A stretch of 46,444 nucleotides of DNA from Acidobacteriota bacterium (GCA_003695625.1 RFIB01000052.1:1-46444), one strand, 5' to 3'; positions 21,302 through 32,669 are shown, counted from the first letter of the stretch. The notes: generated from the letters alone by a model not told the origin. Numbers and translations: made by a program.

Positions 21302-22651
21302 TCAGTTCCCCAGCTCGCGCTCGAACACGGCGGCGAGATCGGCCGCGAGGCGCTGGACGAGCCGCTCGTCGGCGCCCTCGACCATCACGCGGGCCTTGGG
21401 CTCGGTGCCGGAGTACCGCACGACGACGCGCCCGTCGCCTCGCATCTCCCGCTCGGCTCGCCGCACCGCGTCAGCCAGCACCGGGTGCTCCTCGATGCGC
21501 GGCTTGGCCCGCACGCGGACATTGCGCAGCACCTGCGGGAAGCGGGGCAGCTCGCGCCGCGCGATCTCGGGATCGTCCTCCCCGGACGCGAGCAGCCGGC
21601 AGATCATCAGCGCGGTCAGGATGCCGTCTCCCGTCGGCGCGAGGTCGAGGAAGATCACGTGCCCGGACTGCTCGCCGCCGAGGCTGAAGCCGCCCTCGCG
21701 CAGGGCCTGGAGCACGTAGCGGTCCCCGACGGGCGTGCGGTGCAGCTGCAGGCCGTGCCGTCCGAGGGCCTTCTCGAGACCGAGGTTGCTCATCACGGTG
21801 CCGACCACCGTGCGGCCCGGCAGCCGGCCTTCGCGGGCGAGCGCGCGGCCGGCGTAGAACAGCGTGAAGTCGCCGTCGAGGACGGCACCGGCCCGCGAGG
21901 CGCCGATGCAGCGGTCCGCATCGCCGTCGAACGCGAATCCGAGGTCCGCGCCGTGCTCGACGACCGCACGCGCGACCACGTCGGGGTGCATCGAGCCGAC
22001 GCCGGCGTTGATGTTGCGGCCGTCCGGCGCGTCGGCGAGGACGATCACCTCGGCGCCGGCGCGGCGCAGGGCCGCCGGGGCGAGCCGGTAGGCGGCGCCG
22101 TGGGCCGTGTCGAGCACGACGCGCAGCCCGTCGAGGCGCGTTCCGTCGAGGCATCGCTCGAGGAACTCGAGGTACGCCGCCTCGGGCTGCGGATCGTCGT
22201 CGATCGGGCGGTGGCCGAGCCGGTTCTCGTCCGGTGCCGGCTGCTCGTCGATCAGCCGCTCGATCTCCAGTTCCGCGGCGTCCGGGAGCTTCGCGCCGTC
22301 GGCGTCGAGCACCTTGACGCCGTTGTCGTGGTACGGGTTGTGGGACGCGGAGACCATCAGCCCGGCGCGGTAGGGGCCGGTGCGGGTGACCAGGGCCAGC
22401 CCCGGAGTGGGCAGCACGCCGGCGGAGACGGCCCGTGCCCCGCCGTCCTCGAGCCCGGTGGCCAGACAGGCGGCGATGAACGCCCCGGACTCGCGTGTGT
22501 CGCGGCCGAGGCAGACCGTGGGGGGCTGCCCGCCGTCCGCGTCGGCCAGCCAGCGCGCCAGCGCCCGGCCGAGGCGGTACATCGTCGGGCCGTCGAGGGG
22601 GGGGACGCCCGCCTCGCCGCGGATTCCGTCGGTTCCGAACAGTCTGCGCAC
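21302..22651 (-). CDS. glmM: phosphoglucosamine mutase
   Basis: LFGTDGIRG and the phosphoserine loop VSASHNPYHDNGVK are present. GTG at 22651 is preceded by GGGAG. The 67 upstream codons in the ORF track are R/S-rich. Confidence 0.9.
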   Translation of the reverse strand: MRRLFGTDGIRGEAGVPPLDGPTMYRLGRALARWLADADGGQPPTVCLGRDTRESGAFIAACLATGLEDGGARAVSAGVLPTPGLALVTRTGPYRAGLMVSASHNPYHDNGVKVLDADGAKLPDAAELEIERLIDEQPAPDENRLGHRPIDDDPQPEAAYLEFLERCLDGTRLDGLRVVLDTAHGAAYRLAPAALRRAGAEVIVLADAPDGRNINAGVGSMHPDVVARAVVEHGADLGFAFDGDADRCIGASRAGAVLDGDFTLFYAGRALAREGRLPGRTVVGTVMSNLGLEKALGRHGLQLHRTPVGDRYVLQALREGGFSLGGEQSGHVIFLDLAPTGDGILTALMICRLLASGEDDPEIARRELPRFPQVLRNVRVRAKPRIEEHPVLADAVRRAEREMRGDGRVVVRYSGTEPKARVMVEGADERLVQRLAADLAAVFERELGN

Positions 22652-22691
22652 CCGAGGACTCCCTGGTGACCGCCGCCGCGAAGCCGGCCGC

Positions 22692-23624
22692 TCAGCGCCG
22701 GGGGGCGACGCGGACCTTGGCCGGTTCCACCGCGACGATCTCGACGCGCTCGCGCAGCTCGGGGTCCAGCGCCTCGAGATCGACCTGGACCGGCACGTTC
22801 TTCGGGCGGGAAGATACCGCGTCGGCGGGAAGACGGACGACCAGCGCGTCACGGATCTCGGCCAGCCGGCTCGGGGGCGCCTTGACGGTCACCGCCACGC
22901 GGGCCGGGCGCAGGTCGACCTGGACCTCGGGCGGCACGACGACGTCCTCCTCCCACGAGGCCTCGGTCGGCCGCTCGACGATCCGCACGCTGACCTTGAC
23001 CTCGTCCCCCTGGGGGAACTCGACGAGACGGGCCCGCGCCGGCGGGACGACCTTGACGGTCGCGACGACGTCCTCGCTGCGGCCGGCGATGTCGACCGGA
23101 CGCGTGCGTACCGTCTCGAGCGACGCCACGACGCTCTCGGGCCCCCGCAGGGTGACGACCAGCGGCTCGACCGTCACGCCGGCCACCTCGAAGCCCTCGG
23201 CCGGCTCACCGCTCGTCTCCGCCTGGACACGGACGGTCTTCTCGAGTCTCCGCTCGAGCTTGACGACGACCTCGTCGGTGAGGATCTCCTCCACGACGAC
23301 GCCGCGCGGCACGTTGAACACGTCCTGCGGTGTGACGGCCAGCCGATGCTCGCCGGGCGTGTCGATCTGTCCGAGATCGATGCGCGCGTACAGCCGTTCC
23401 GGCACGAGGCGTTCCATCTGCGACTCGAAGCCGCGCAGGCGGACGCGCACCTCCTGGGGCTCGAACGCGATGACCAGCATGTCGACCGGCGGTGTCACGT
23501 CGAGCGGAATCACCAGGTTGCGGATCTGCTGGCCGCGTCCCGCGACGTTGGCCCAGATCAGGAAGGCGATCAGCAGCGCGAACAGCTTGAGGCCGACATT
23601 GCGCCGGAGGATCTCGAGCATCAC
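22692..23624 (-). CDS. cdaR: YbbR-domain protein, CdaA regulator
   Basis: An N-terminal TM span (LFALLIAFLIWANV) is followed by repeated YbbR-like beta modules. The start (GTG 23624 or ATG 23621) overlaps the cdaA stop. Confidence 0.8.
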   Translation of the reverse strand: MMLEILRRNVGLKLFALLIAFLIWANVAGRGQQIRNLVIPLDVTPPVDMLVIAFEPQEVRVRLRGFESQMERLVPERLYARIDLGQIDTPGEHRLAVTPQDVFNVPRGVVVEEILTDEVVVKLERRLEKTVRVQAETSGEPAEGFEVAGVTVEPLVVTLRGPESVVASLETVRTRPVDIAGRSEDVVATVKVVPPARARLVEFPQGDEVKVSVRIVERPTEASWEEDVVVPPEVQVDLRPARVAVTVKAPPSRLAEIRDALVVRLPADAVSSRPKNVPVQVDLEALDPELRERVEIVAVEPAKVRVAPRR

Positions 23625-24457
23625 GAGGCCTCCGCCGTGCGGGCCGCCCGGCCCCTTCGCGCGTCGCGGGACGCCCGCTCCGCGCCCAGATGGCGCTCGA
23701 GAAACGCGCGCAGGGCGCGCGCGTCGAGGTCCTGCTGGAACGCTCCGTCGATCGCGGCCGAGATCACGCCGCGCTCCTCGCTGACGACGACGGCGATCGC
23801 GTCGGACTCCTCGGTGATGCCGATCGCGGCCCGGTGGCGGGTCCCGAACTCGCGCGAGATGTACGGATTGGTCGACAGCGGCAGGAAGCAGCTTGCGGCG
23901 GCGAGGCGTCCTTCGGAGATCAGCACCGCACCGTCATGCAGCGGCGTCTTGGGCGAGAAGATGTTGATCAGCAGGTCGTAGCTCACGCGCCCGTCGATCT
24001 CGATCCCCGTCTCGATGAAGTTGCGCAGGCCCTGGACCCGCTCGATGACGATCAGCGCCCCGATCCGCCGCGAGGCCATCGCGCTGCAGGCGAGGGCGAT
24101 CTCCTCGATGATCTCGCCCGACGCATCCTGCTGGCGCAGGCGCGCGAACGGATAGCGGCCGAAATAGGCCAGCGCCTGCCGGATCGGTCCCTGGAAGATC
24201 ACGATCACGGCGAAGCCGCCGTAGATGAACAGCTGGGTCAGGACGAAGTTGGTCGCCGGCAGCTCGAGCAGGCTTCCCGGACTCGTGATGAACCACAGGA
24301 TGAACACCGCGAGCAGGCCGTAGATCATCTGCACGGCGCGGGTGCGCCGGATCAGGACGAGCAGCTGGTAGATCGCGAACCACAGCAGGAGGATGTCGAA
24401 GATCGCCAGGGGATTGGCCAGCTCGCGCACGTGGAGCAGTTCGAGGAAGTCCTGCAT
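23621..24457 (-). CDS. cdaA: diadenylate cyclase (c-di-AMP synthase), membrane-anchored
   Basis: Three N-terminal TM spans precede a DAC domain with PLHDGAVLI (DGA) and GTRHRAAIG (RHR). ATG at 24457 is preceded by GAGGGA; the ORF-track start at 24460 is a TTG one codon upstream. Confidence 0.9.
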   Translation of the reverse strand: MQDFLELLHVRELANPLAIFDILLLWFAIYQLLVLIRRTRAVQMIYGLLAVFILWFITSPGSLLELPATNFVLTQLFIYGGFAVIVIFQGPIRQALAYFGRYPFARLRQQDASGEIIEEIALACSAMASRRIGALIVIERVQGLRNFIETGIEIDGRVSYDLLINIFSPKTPLHDGAVLISEGRLAAASCFLPLSTNPYISREFGTRHRAAIGITEESDAIAVVVSEERGVISAAIDGAFQQDLDARALRAFLERHLGAERASRDARRGRAARTAEAS

Positions 24458-24485
24458 CAAGTCCCTCGCGCCGTTCCCTGCCGCG

Positions 24486-25649
24486 TCACCGCCGCGGCGC
24501 TCCCGCCTCGCGCACCGCGTCGGCCACCGCGAGCGCGGCCCGCGTCGGGGCCACGTCGTGGACCCGCACCAGCTCGACCCCCTCGGTGGCGGCGATCACG
24601 GCGGCGGCGAGGCTGCCTGCCAGCCGCGCCTCCGGAGGCTCGATGCCGGTCCGGCGTCCGATGAAGCTCTTGCGCGACGCGCCGATCAGCACCGGACACC
24701 CGAGACTGTGAAATGCACCGCTCTGCCGCAACAGCTGTTCGTTCGCTTCCGGGGACTTGCCGAACCCGAGCCCCGGATCGACGAGGATTCTATCACCGGC
24801 GATTCCCGCCGCGCGGGCCGCATCGACGCGCTCGCCCAGAAAATCGAGGATCTCGCCGAGCAGGTCGACGTAGCGCGTGTCCCGCTGCATGGTGCCGGGC
24901 TCACCCCGCATGTGCATCAGCACGACCGGGCAGCCCGCCGCGGCGACCACGCCGGCCATCTCCGGATCGCGCAGGGCCGACACGTCGTTGACCAGGTCGG
25001 CCCCTGCGGCGAGCGCCCGGCGCGCGACCTCGGCATGACGGGTGTCGATCGACAGGCGCGCGTCGGGCAGCCGTGCGCGGATCGCCTCGATCGCGGGAAG
25101 CACCCGGGCCAGCTCCTCGTCGACGGTGACGGGCCGGGCACCGGGGCGGGTCGACTCGCCTCCCACGTCGACGATCTCGGCCCCCTCGGCGACCAGCTGC
25201 TCCGCCCGGTCCGCCGCGTCGGCCGGATCGACGAACCGTCCGCCGTCGGAGAACGAGTCGGGCGTGACGTTGACGATCCCCATGATCCGCGTGCGGCTGC
25301 CGAGCGACCACGTGCCCCCGTCGGCCCAGCGCAGCGTGCGCTCCGCGGTCTCGAATCGGTCGAGGGCCTGGACCAGGTCGCTGCCCTCCGCGCATCCCCA
25401 GCGGTGGGCGGTCTCGCGCAGGCGCGGCGCGGAGCCGAGCAGCGCGGTCTCGCGGGCGCCGGCGAGCACGAGGACGCCCGGGGGTGCGGCGACGGACAGC
25501 GGCGGGGAGGACGCCGACGGGGCGAAGCGGACGCCGACGCATGGAAGCGGCAGCGGCTCGCGGGACGCCGGCACCCCGGCGGGCGCGAGGAACGCCGCCG
25601 CGTCGCGCGGGGTGCGGAGCGTCCAGATCCGGGCGCGACGGGCGGGCAT
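24486..25649 (-). CDS. folP: dihydropteroate synthase with a ~100-120-aa N-terminal extension
   Basis: MGIVNVTPDSFSDGG, VDVGGESTRPG and DPGLGFGK are present. ATG at 25649 lies 10 nt after the ftsH stop. The extension keeps strong G/C at codon position 3, so it is coding. Confidence 0.85.
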   Translation of the reverse strand: MPARRARIWTLRTPRDAAAFLAPAGVPASREPLPLPCVGVRFAPSASSPPLSVAAPPGVLVLAGARETALLGSAPRLRETAHRWGCAEGSDLVQALDRFETAERTLRWADGGTWSLGSRTRIMGIVNVTPDSFSDGGRFVDPADAADRAEQLVAEGAEIVDVGGESTRPGARPVTVDEELARVLPAIEAIRARLPDARLSIDTRHAEVARRALAAGADLVNDVSALRDPEMAGVVAAAGCPVVLMHMRGEPGTMQRDTRYVDLLGEILDFLGERVDAARAAGIAGDRILVDPGLGFGKSPEANEQLLRQSGAFHSLGCPVLIGASRKSFIGRRTGIEPPEARLAGSLAAAVIAATEGVELVRVHDVAPTRAALAVADAVREAGAPRR

Positions 25650-25659
25650 CGGCCGCCGA

Positions 25660-27594
<1,935 letters not shown>

Positions 27595-27710
27595 CGGGGC
27601 TCCTCCGGGTGCATCGGCGCCCGACGATCGGTTGCTCCCGAGGCGATTCTACGGGCCGGGTCCCCGGGGTGCCATCCGGGGCCCGGCCGGTCACGGCGAT
27701 CCGGCGCCCG

Positions 27711-28235
27711 TCAGGGGTTCTCGACGACCCACCCGATGCCGGGAAGATTCCGGTAGAGCTCGTCGTCGTCGAGCCCGTAGCCGACGACCCAGCGGTCCGG
27801 GATCTCGAAGCCGACGTGCTCGACCGGGCACTCCACCTGGCGGCGCGAGCGCTTGTCGAGCAGCACCGCGGTCCGCAGCCGCGCGGGGCGCCGGGCGCGC
27901 AGCCGGTCGAGCAGCGCGTTCATCGTCACGCCGGTGTCGAGAATGTCCTCGATCACCAGCACGTCGCGGCCCTCGATCGGGAACGGATGGGTGAACACGA
28001 ACTCGACCTCGCCACCGTCGTCCGACTGGCGGTGGATCTCGAGGAAGCCGACGCGGGTCGGCCGGCGGATGGCCCGCAGCAGGTCCGCGCCGAACACGAA
28101 CGCGCCCTTGAGGACGATCAGCGCGGCGATCTCGCCGTCCGGCGGCGTCTCGCGCTCGATCTCGCGCGCGAGTTCGACCACGCGGGAGGCGATCGTCTCC
28201 GCCGGGATCAGGATCTCGTCGGCCAGCCGCCTCAT
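27711..28235 (-). CDS. hpt: hypoxanthine phosphoribosyltransferase
   Basis: The PRPP loop VLVIEDILDTGVTM and the GYGLD motif are present. ATG at 28235 overlaps the tilS stop (ATGA). Confidence 0.9.
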   Translation of the reverse strand: MRRLADEILIPAETIASRVVELAREIERETPPDGEIAALIVLKGAFVFGADLLRAIRRPTRVGFLEIHRQSDDGGEVEFVFTHPFPIEGRDVLVIEDILDTGVTMNALLDRLRARRPARLRTAVLLDKRSRRQVECPVEHVGFEIPDRWVVGYGLDDDELYRNLPGIGWVVENP

Positions 28236-29254
28236 CGAACGGTCTCCACCGGGGTCTCGAGCACGAGCAGGCCGCGCTCGCGCCGCGCCGTCACGCCCCG
28301 CGGGAGCTCGATCCGCATGCCCCTGGCGTCCGGCGCGAGCAGGCCGAGGACCGCGTCGACGTGGTCGGCCTCGAGGCGGGTCGTCCCCCGTCCGAGCGCG
28401 GCGACGAGCCGGCGCACGATGCGTCGCGCCAGAGGGCCGGGAAGACCGCGCAGCGCCGCGCGCGAGCACGAGAACCGTCCCGGGGCGGTGGCGACGATCA
28501 CGTCCCCGAGCCGTTCGGCGGCGAGCTGCTCGAGCAGCAGGTCGTCCTCGGCGGCGAGCCGCGCGTGCCGGGCCAGGGCGGCGACGGTTCCCGGCCCGGC
28601 GGCCCGCTCGAGTGCGGGGAGCACGCGTCCGCGCAGCCGCGAGCGGAGCCGGTCGGGCGCGACGTTGGTCTCGTCCTCGCGCCATGCCTGTCCGAGGCGC
28701 TCGAGCAGCGTGCGCAGGTCCCGCCGGCGGACCCCGAGCAGCGGGCGCCACCACGGCGGTCGCCAGCGCCGCATCGCCGCGAGCCCGGCGGTGCCCGCCC
28801 CGCGGGCCAGCCGCTGGAGCACCGTCTCGGCCTGGTCGTCCATCGTGTGGGCCAGCGCCACCGCGCCGGCGCCGTGCCGGCGGGCGACGTCGGCGAGGAA
28901 GGCGAGCCGGGCGCGCCGCGCGGCGTCCTCGCTTCCGGGGACGGCATCGAGGCGCGAGACTTCGAGCGGAACGCCGAGATCGGCGGCCAGCGCCGTCACG
29001 AAGCGGACGTCGTCCGCGGACGACGCGCCGCGGAGGCCGTGGTCGAGCGTGGCTGCCACCAGGCGCCAGCCGCGGCCGGGCGCCAGGCCGGCGAGCAGGC
29101 GCAGCAGCGCCGTCGAATCGCCGCCTCCGGAGACGGCGACGACGACCAGCGATCCGCGCCCGGGGGCCCACGGTCGGGTCAGTTCACGCAGGATCCGCGG
29201 GCCGGCGGCCCGGATCACGGCGTCGGAATCGGGCACGCGGCTGGTACTCATCAT
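28232..29254 (-). CDS. tilS: tRNA(Ile)-lysidine synthase, short form
   Basis: The PP-loop VAVSGGGDSTALL is present. Start candidates are ATG 29254/29251 after GAGG, or GTG 29275. At about 340 aa it lacks the long C-terminal domain of E. coli TilS. Confidence 0.8.
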   Translation of the reverse strand: MMSTSRVPDSDAVIRAAGPRILRELTRPWAPGRGSLVVVAVSGGGDSTALLRLLAGLAPGRGWRLVAATLDHGLRGASSADDVRFVTALAADLGVPLEVSRLDAVPGSEDAARRARLAFLADVARRHGAGAVALAHTMDDQAETVLQRLARGAGTAGLAAMRRWRPPWWRPLLGVRRRDLRTLLERLGQAWREDETNVAPDRLRSRLRGRVLPALERAAGPGTVAALARHARLAAEDDLLLEQLAAERLGDVIVATAPGRFSCSRAALRGLPGPLARRIVRRLVAALGRGTTRLEADHVDAVLGLLAPDARGMRIELPRGVTARRERGLLVLETPVETVR

Positions 29255-29279
29255 GGCCTCGCGGGCGCTGCGCACGGAC

Positions 29280-29354
29280 TGGTAGCGGTGCCCGGATTTG
29301 AACCGGGGACACTGCGGTTATGAGCCGCATGCTCTACCACTGAGCTACACCGCC
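29280..29354 (-). tRNA. tRNA with anticodon CAT (elongator Met or lysidine-dependent Ile2), CCA encoded
   Basis: The reverse complement folds as a cloverleaf: GGCGGTG TA GCTC AGTGGTA GAGC A TGCGG CTCATAA CCGCA GTGTC CCCGG TTCAAAT CCGGG CACCGCT A CCA. It has a G1-U72 wobble. It lacks the initiator features (no GGG/CCC anticodon stem; a C11-G24 pair). Confidence 0.85.
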
Positions 29355-29375
29355 ACGCCGCGCTGGAGAGTCCGG

Positions 29376-29404
29376 ATGCTAGGCCGCGCCCGAACCACCG
29401 TCAA
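29376..29404 (-). promoter_or_regulatory. sigma70-like promoter for the tRNA-CAU/tilS operon
   Basis: On the minus strand: TTGACG (29404-29399, overlapping the stop of the upstream regulator gene), a 17-nt spacer, then TAGCAT (29381-29376). It lies about 20 nt upstream of the tRNA 5' end. Confidence 0.4.
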
Positions 29405-30882
29405 GACGCGGGCGGCTCCCCGCGGCCCGGGGGATCGACCGGCGCGAAGAACGACAGCCCGCGCACGTCGGGATCGATCTGCAGCTCGCTGCGCAGTGGC
29501 GCGAACGCCCGCTGCGCGCAGTCCATCCGCTCGCAGAGCCGGCAGGTGACACCGACGGGGACCGCGGCGGCGGGATCGGCCAGATCCAGGCCGTCGGCGT
29601 AGACCAGGTCGCGCGCCCAGCGGACGTCGCAGCCGACGCCGACGGCGTGGACCGCGAGCGGCGCCCGGTAGCCGCCCCCGTGCCGTCTCGGCAGCGTACG
29701 CGCGATCATCAGGTACGACGTCCCGTCCGGCATCGTCGCGAGCTGGACGTTGACCCGCTCGGGCGTCAGGAACGCCGCGTGGACGTTCCAGCGCGGGCAG
29801 AGCCCGGAAAAGCGCGGGAAGCGGATTCCCCCGGCACCGAACCGCTTGGAGATGTTGCCCGCGATGTCGACCCGCACGAAGAAGAACGGGATGCCCTCGC
29901 GGCCCGGCCGCTTGAGGGTCGTCAGCCGATGGCAGACCTGCTCGAAGCCGGCCCGGAACCGGTGCCCGAGCAGCTCGATGTCCCACCGCGTCTCGCGGCA
30001 CTCGGCAAGAAAGTCGTCGTAGGGCATCACGACCGCCGCGGCGAAGTAGTTGGCCAGTGCGATCCGGCACAGTGTGCGCGAGGCCTCGGAGGTCAGCCGC
30101 GGATCCGAGGCGATACGGTCCAGCTCCGGGCGCAGGGAAAGCAGGCAGATCTGGTGCGCGAGCTGGAGATTCCGGCTGCCGCGGCGCAGGACCTCCGAGA
30201 GCATCAGCTCGCGACGGACGGGGTCGAAGCGGCGCACGGCGCGCCCCATCCGCGCGACCTTCTCGATCCGGACGCGGACTCCGAAGCTCCGGTCGAGATG
30301 CCGGGCGAGCCCGGAGAACAGGTCCTCGCGCTCGAGGCCCGCGTCGCGCCACAGGCGCTCGGCGCACTCCTCGAGCGCCGGAAAGTGGTTGTCGTGGCGC
30401 TGGATCAGGTCGGTGACCTCCTCCGAGGGGAGGCGGGCGCCGGGCACGCCGGGGCGGTCGGCGCCGTCGCTGAGCTGCAGGGCCAGCGCGTCGCTGGTCT
30501 CCCGCGCGCCCCGGTACGCGTGATAGAGCCGCAGCACGAGACGGGCGACGGCGGGATGCGTCGCGACCAGGTCCAGGACGTCGTCCCGGGTGATCTCCTG
30601 GGAGTCGAACGACGGGTCGCCGAAGACCTCGAGCAGGTCGGCAGCCAGCCGCTCGTCCTCCTCGCCGGCGAGGCCGGCCAGGTCGAGCCGGAACACGCGC
30701 GCCAGCCGGACCAGCAGTTCGGCGCTGACCGGCCTGCGGTCGTGCTCGATCAGGGCGAGGTAGCTGGCGGAGATGCCGAGATGCTCGGCGAGCCGGGCCT
30801 GGGTCATCCCCTCGCGGCGGCGCAGGGCCCGGATCCTGCGGCCGAGACGCAGACCGCGACCCCGGGCGGAAGAGCGGGACAT
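29401..30882 (-). CDS. ramB: RamB/PrpR-like short-chain fatty acyl-CoA regulator (XRE HTH plus ImmA/IrrE-like and DUF2083-like region)
   Basis: The HTH is MTQARLAEHLGISASYLALIEHDRRPVS. A long C-terminal region carries a degenerate LAHQICL metallopeptidase-like motif and a Cys cluster, CRLCERMDC. The gene is divergent from aceB-aceA. ATG at 30882 is preceded by GGGAGGA. Confidence 0.8.
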   Translation of the reverse strand: MSRSSARGRGLRLGRRIRALRRREGMTQARLAEHLGISASYLALIEHDRRPVSAELLVRLARVFRLDLAGLAGEEDERLAADLLEVFGDPSFDSQEITRDDVLDLVATHPAVARLVLRLYHAYRGARETSDALALQLSDGADRPGVPGARLPSEEVTDLIQRHDNHFPALEECAERLWRDAGLEREDLFSGLARHLDRSFGVRVRIEKVARMGRAVRRFDPVRRELMLSEVLRRGSRNLQLAHQICLLSLRPELDRIASDPRLTSEASRTLCRIALANYFAAAVVMPYDDFLAECRETRWDIELLGHRFRAGFEQVCHRLTTLKRPGREGIPFFFVRVDIAGNISKRFGAGGIRFPRFSGLCPRWNVHAAFLTPERVNVQLATMPDGTSYLMIARTLPRRHGGGYRAPLAVHAVGVGCDVRWARDLVYADGLDLADPAAAVPVGVTCRLCERMDCAQRAFAPLRSELQIDPDVRGLSFFAPVDPPGRGEPPAS

Positions 30883-30920
30883 CGGGTCGGTCCTCCCATG
30901 GTCGCCGCCATGCGGCAGGG

Positions 30921-30958
30921 TTGACAGACTTTGCAAGTTTACAGTCCCTGTCTGTCAA
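30921..30958. promoter_or_regulatory. candidate operator: 9-bp inverted repeat enclosing a RamB-box-like core
   Basis: TTGACAGAC (30921-30929) and GTCTGTCAA (30950-30958) are perfect inverted repeats 20 nt apart. ACTTTGCAA (30928-30936) matches the core of the Corynebacterium RamB motif A(A/G)AACTTTGCAAA. It lies in the only AT-rich stretch of the window. Confidence 0.45.
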
Positions 30959-30996
30959 GATCCATGCTTCCCAACTCGTTATACAGCATGCGGTTA

Positions 30997-31025
30997 TTGA
31001 TCCCGCCCATGTTCGTTGTAAAGAT
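30997..31025 (+). promoter_or_regulatory. possible aceB promoter
   Basis: TTGATC (30997-31002), a 17-nt spacer ending in TGT, then AAAGAT (31020-31025); alternatively TAAAGA with a 16-nt spacer. The match is weak. Confidence 0.25.
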
Positions 31026-31055
31026 AGCAACGTGATGCCGCAGGGAGACGAAGCG

Positions 31056-32669
31056 ATGGCCGGAACGACCGCAGGAAACGGGATCTCGATCCTCGGCCCC
31101 CCCTGTCCGGGGTTCGAGGAGATCCTTCGTGGCGAGGCGCTCGCCTTCGTGGCGGACCTCGTGCGCACGTTCCGGCCCCGTGTCGAGGAGCTGCGCCGGC
31201 GCCGCCTCGAACGGCGCGCGGGGTGGGATCGCGGCGAGCGGCCCGGCTTCCTCGAGGCCACGCGCGAGATCCGCGAGGGCGACTGGACCTGCGCTCCGGT
31301 CCCGCCCGAACTCGCCGACCGCCGGGTCGAGATCACCGGCCCGCCGGAGCGCAAGATGGTGATCAACGCCCTCAACTCCGGGGCGAACGTGTTCATGGCG
31401 GACTTCGAGGACGCCAACGCGCCGACGTGGGCCAACGTCGTCGCCGGACAGCTCAACCTGGCCGACGCGGTGCGCGGGACGATCACGTGGGACGACCCGG
31501 CGACGGGCAGGCACTACGCCCTGCGCGACGATCCGGCGGTGCTGTTCGTCCGGCCGCGCGGCTGGCACCTCGACGAGGCCCATCTCGACGTCGACGGCGC
31601 GCCGGTGCCCGGCGGCCTGTTCGACTTCGGTCTGTTCGCCTGGCACAACGCGGCCGAGCTCGTCTCCCGCGGAGCGAGACCCTGCTTCTACCTGCCCAAG
31701 CTCGAGGGGCACCTCGAGGCGCGGCTGTGGAACGACGTGCTCTCGGCGGCCGAGGACGCCCTCGGCCTGACGCGGGGGACGATGCGGGCGACGGTCCTGA
31801 TCGAGACGCTGCCCGCGGCGTTCGAGATGGACGAGATCCTGTGGGAGCTTCGCGAGCATTCGCTCGGACTCAACTGCGGGCGCTGGGACTACATTTTCTC
31901 GTTCATCAAGGTCCACCGCGAGGATCCCGCCGCCGTGCTGCCGGACCGGGACCAGGTCACGATGGAGCAGCCGTTCATGCGTGCCTACACGCAGCTCGTC
32001 ATCCGCACCTGCCACCGGCGCGGCGTGCACGCGATGGGCGGCATGGCGGCACAGATCCCGCTGCGCAGCGATCCCGAGCGGACCGCCGCCGCGCTCGAGA
32101 AGGTCCGGGCGGACAAGCTGCGCGAGGTCCGCGACGGACATGACGGCACGTGGGTCGCGCACCCGGGGCTCGTGCCGGTCGCCCGCGAGGTGTTCGATGC
32201 CCACATGCCCGGGCCGAACCAGATCCACCGCAAGCGCGAGGACGTCCGCTGCTCCGCCGCGGACCTGCTCGCCGTGCCGACCGGCACGCGGACGCTCGAG
32301 GGGCTGCGCCACAACATCCGCGTCGGCGTGCAGTACCTCGAGGCGTGGCTCGGCGGCCAGGGCTGCGTGCCGCTCTACGGCCTGATGGAGGACGCGGCGA
32401 CCGCCGAGATCTCGCGCGCCCAGGTCTGGCAGTGGCTGCGGCACCGCGCGTCGCTCGAGTCGGGCGAGGTGGTCACGCCGGAGCTAATCCGCCAGGTGCT
32501 TGCCGAGGAACTCGGACGTGTGCGCGGCGAGGTCGGTGCCGAGCGCTACGACGGCGGCCGGTTCGATCTCGCGTCACGGCTGTTCGACGAGCTGTCGACC
32601 GCCGAGCGCTTCCCCGACTTCCTGACCCTGCCTGCCTACCGCCACCTGGTGACGCGGGTGGACCGCTGA
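31056..32669 (+). CDS. aceB: malate synthase A
   Basis: [26 protein letters not shown] and a ~537-aa length fit malate synthase A. ATG at 31056 is preceded by GGGAGA; ATG at 31035 is an alternative. Confidence 0.9.
   Translation: MAGTTAGNGISILGPPCPGFEEILRGEALAFVADLVRTFRPRVEELRRRRLERRAGWDRGERPGFLEATREIREGDWTCAPVPPELADRRVEITGPPERKMVINALNSGANVFMADFEDANAPTWANVVAGQLNLADAVRGTITWDDPATGRHYALRDDPAVLFVRPRGWHLDEAHLDVDGAPVPGGLFDFGLFAWHNAAELVSRGARPCFYLPKLEGHLEARLWNDVLSAAEDALGLTRGTMRATVLIETLPAAFEMDEILWELREHSLGLNCGRWDYIFSFIKVHREDPAAVLPDRDQVTMEQPFMRAYTQLVIRTCHRRGVHAMGGMAAQIPLRSDPERTAAALEKVRADKLREVRDGHDGTWVAHPGLVPVAREVFDAHMPGPNQIHRKREDVRCSAADLLAVPTGTRTLEGLRHNIRVGVQYLEAWLGGQGCVPLYGLMEDAATAEISRAQVWQWLRHRASLESGEVVTPELIRQVLAEELGRVRGEVGAERYDGGRFDLASRLFDELSTAERFPDFLTLPAYRHLVTRVDR

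Noticed and set aside
27669-27674. A TGGCAC on the minus strand upstream of ftsH that could be a sigma54 -24 element.
   Set aside because: The required TTGC -12 element is absent; GGAC sits there instead. A TAGAAT -10-like hexamer nearby fits sigma70 better.
29255-29404. The tRNA as an integration hotspot or genomic-island boundary.
   Set aside because: No integrase, no direct repeat of the tRNA 3' end and no compositional break was seen on either side. The flanking genes are core housekeeping and central-metabolism genes.
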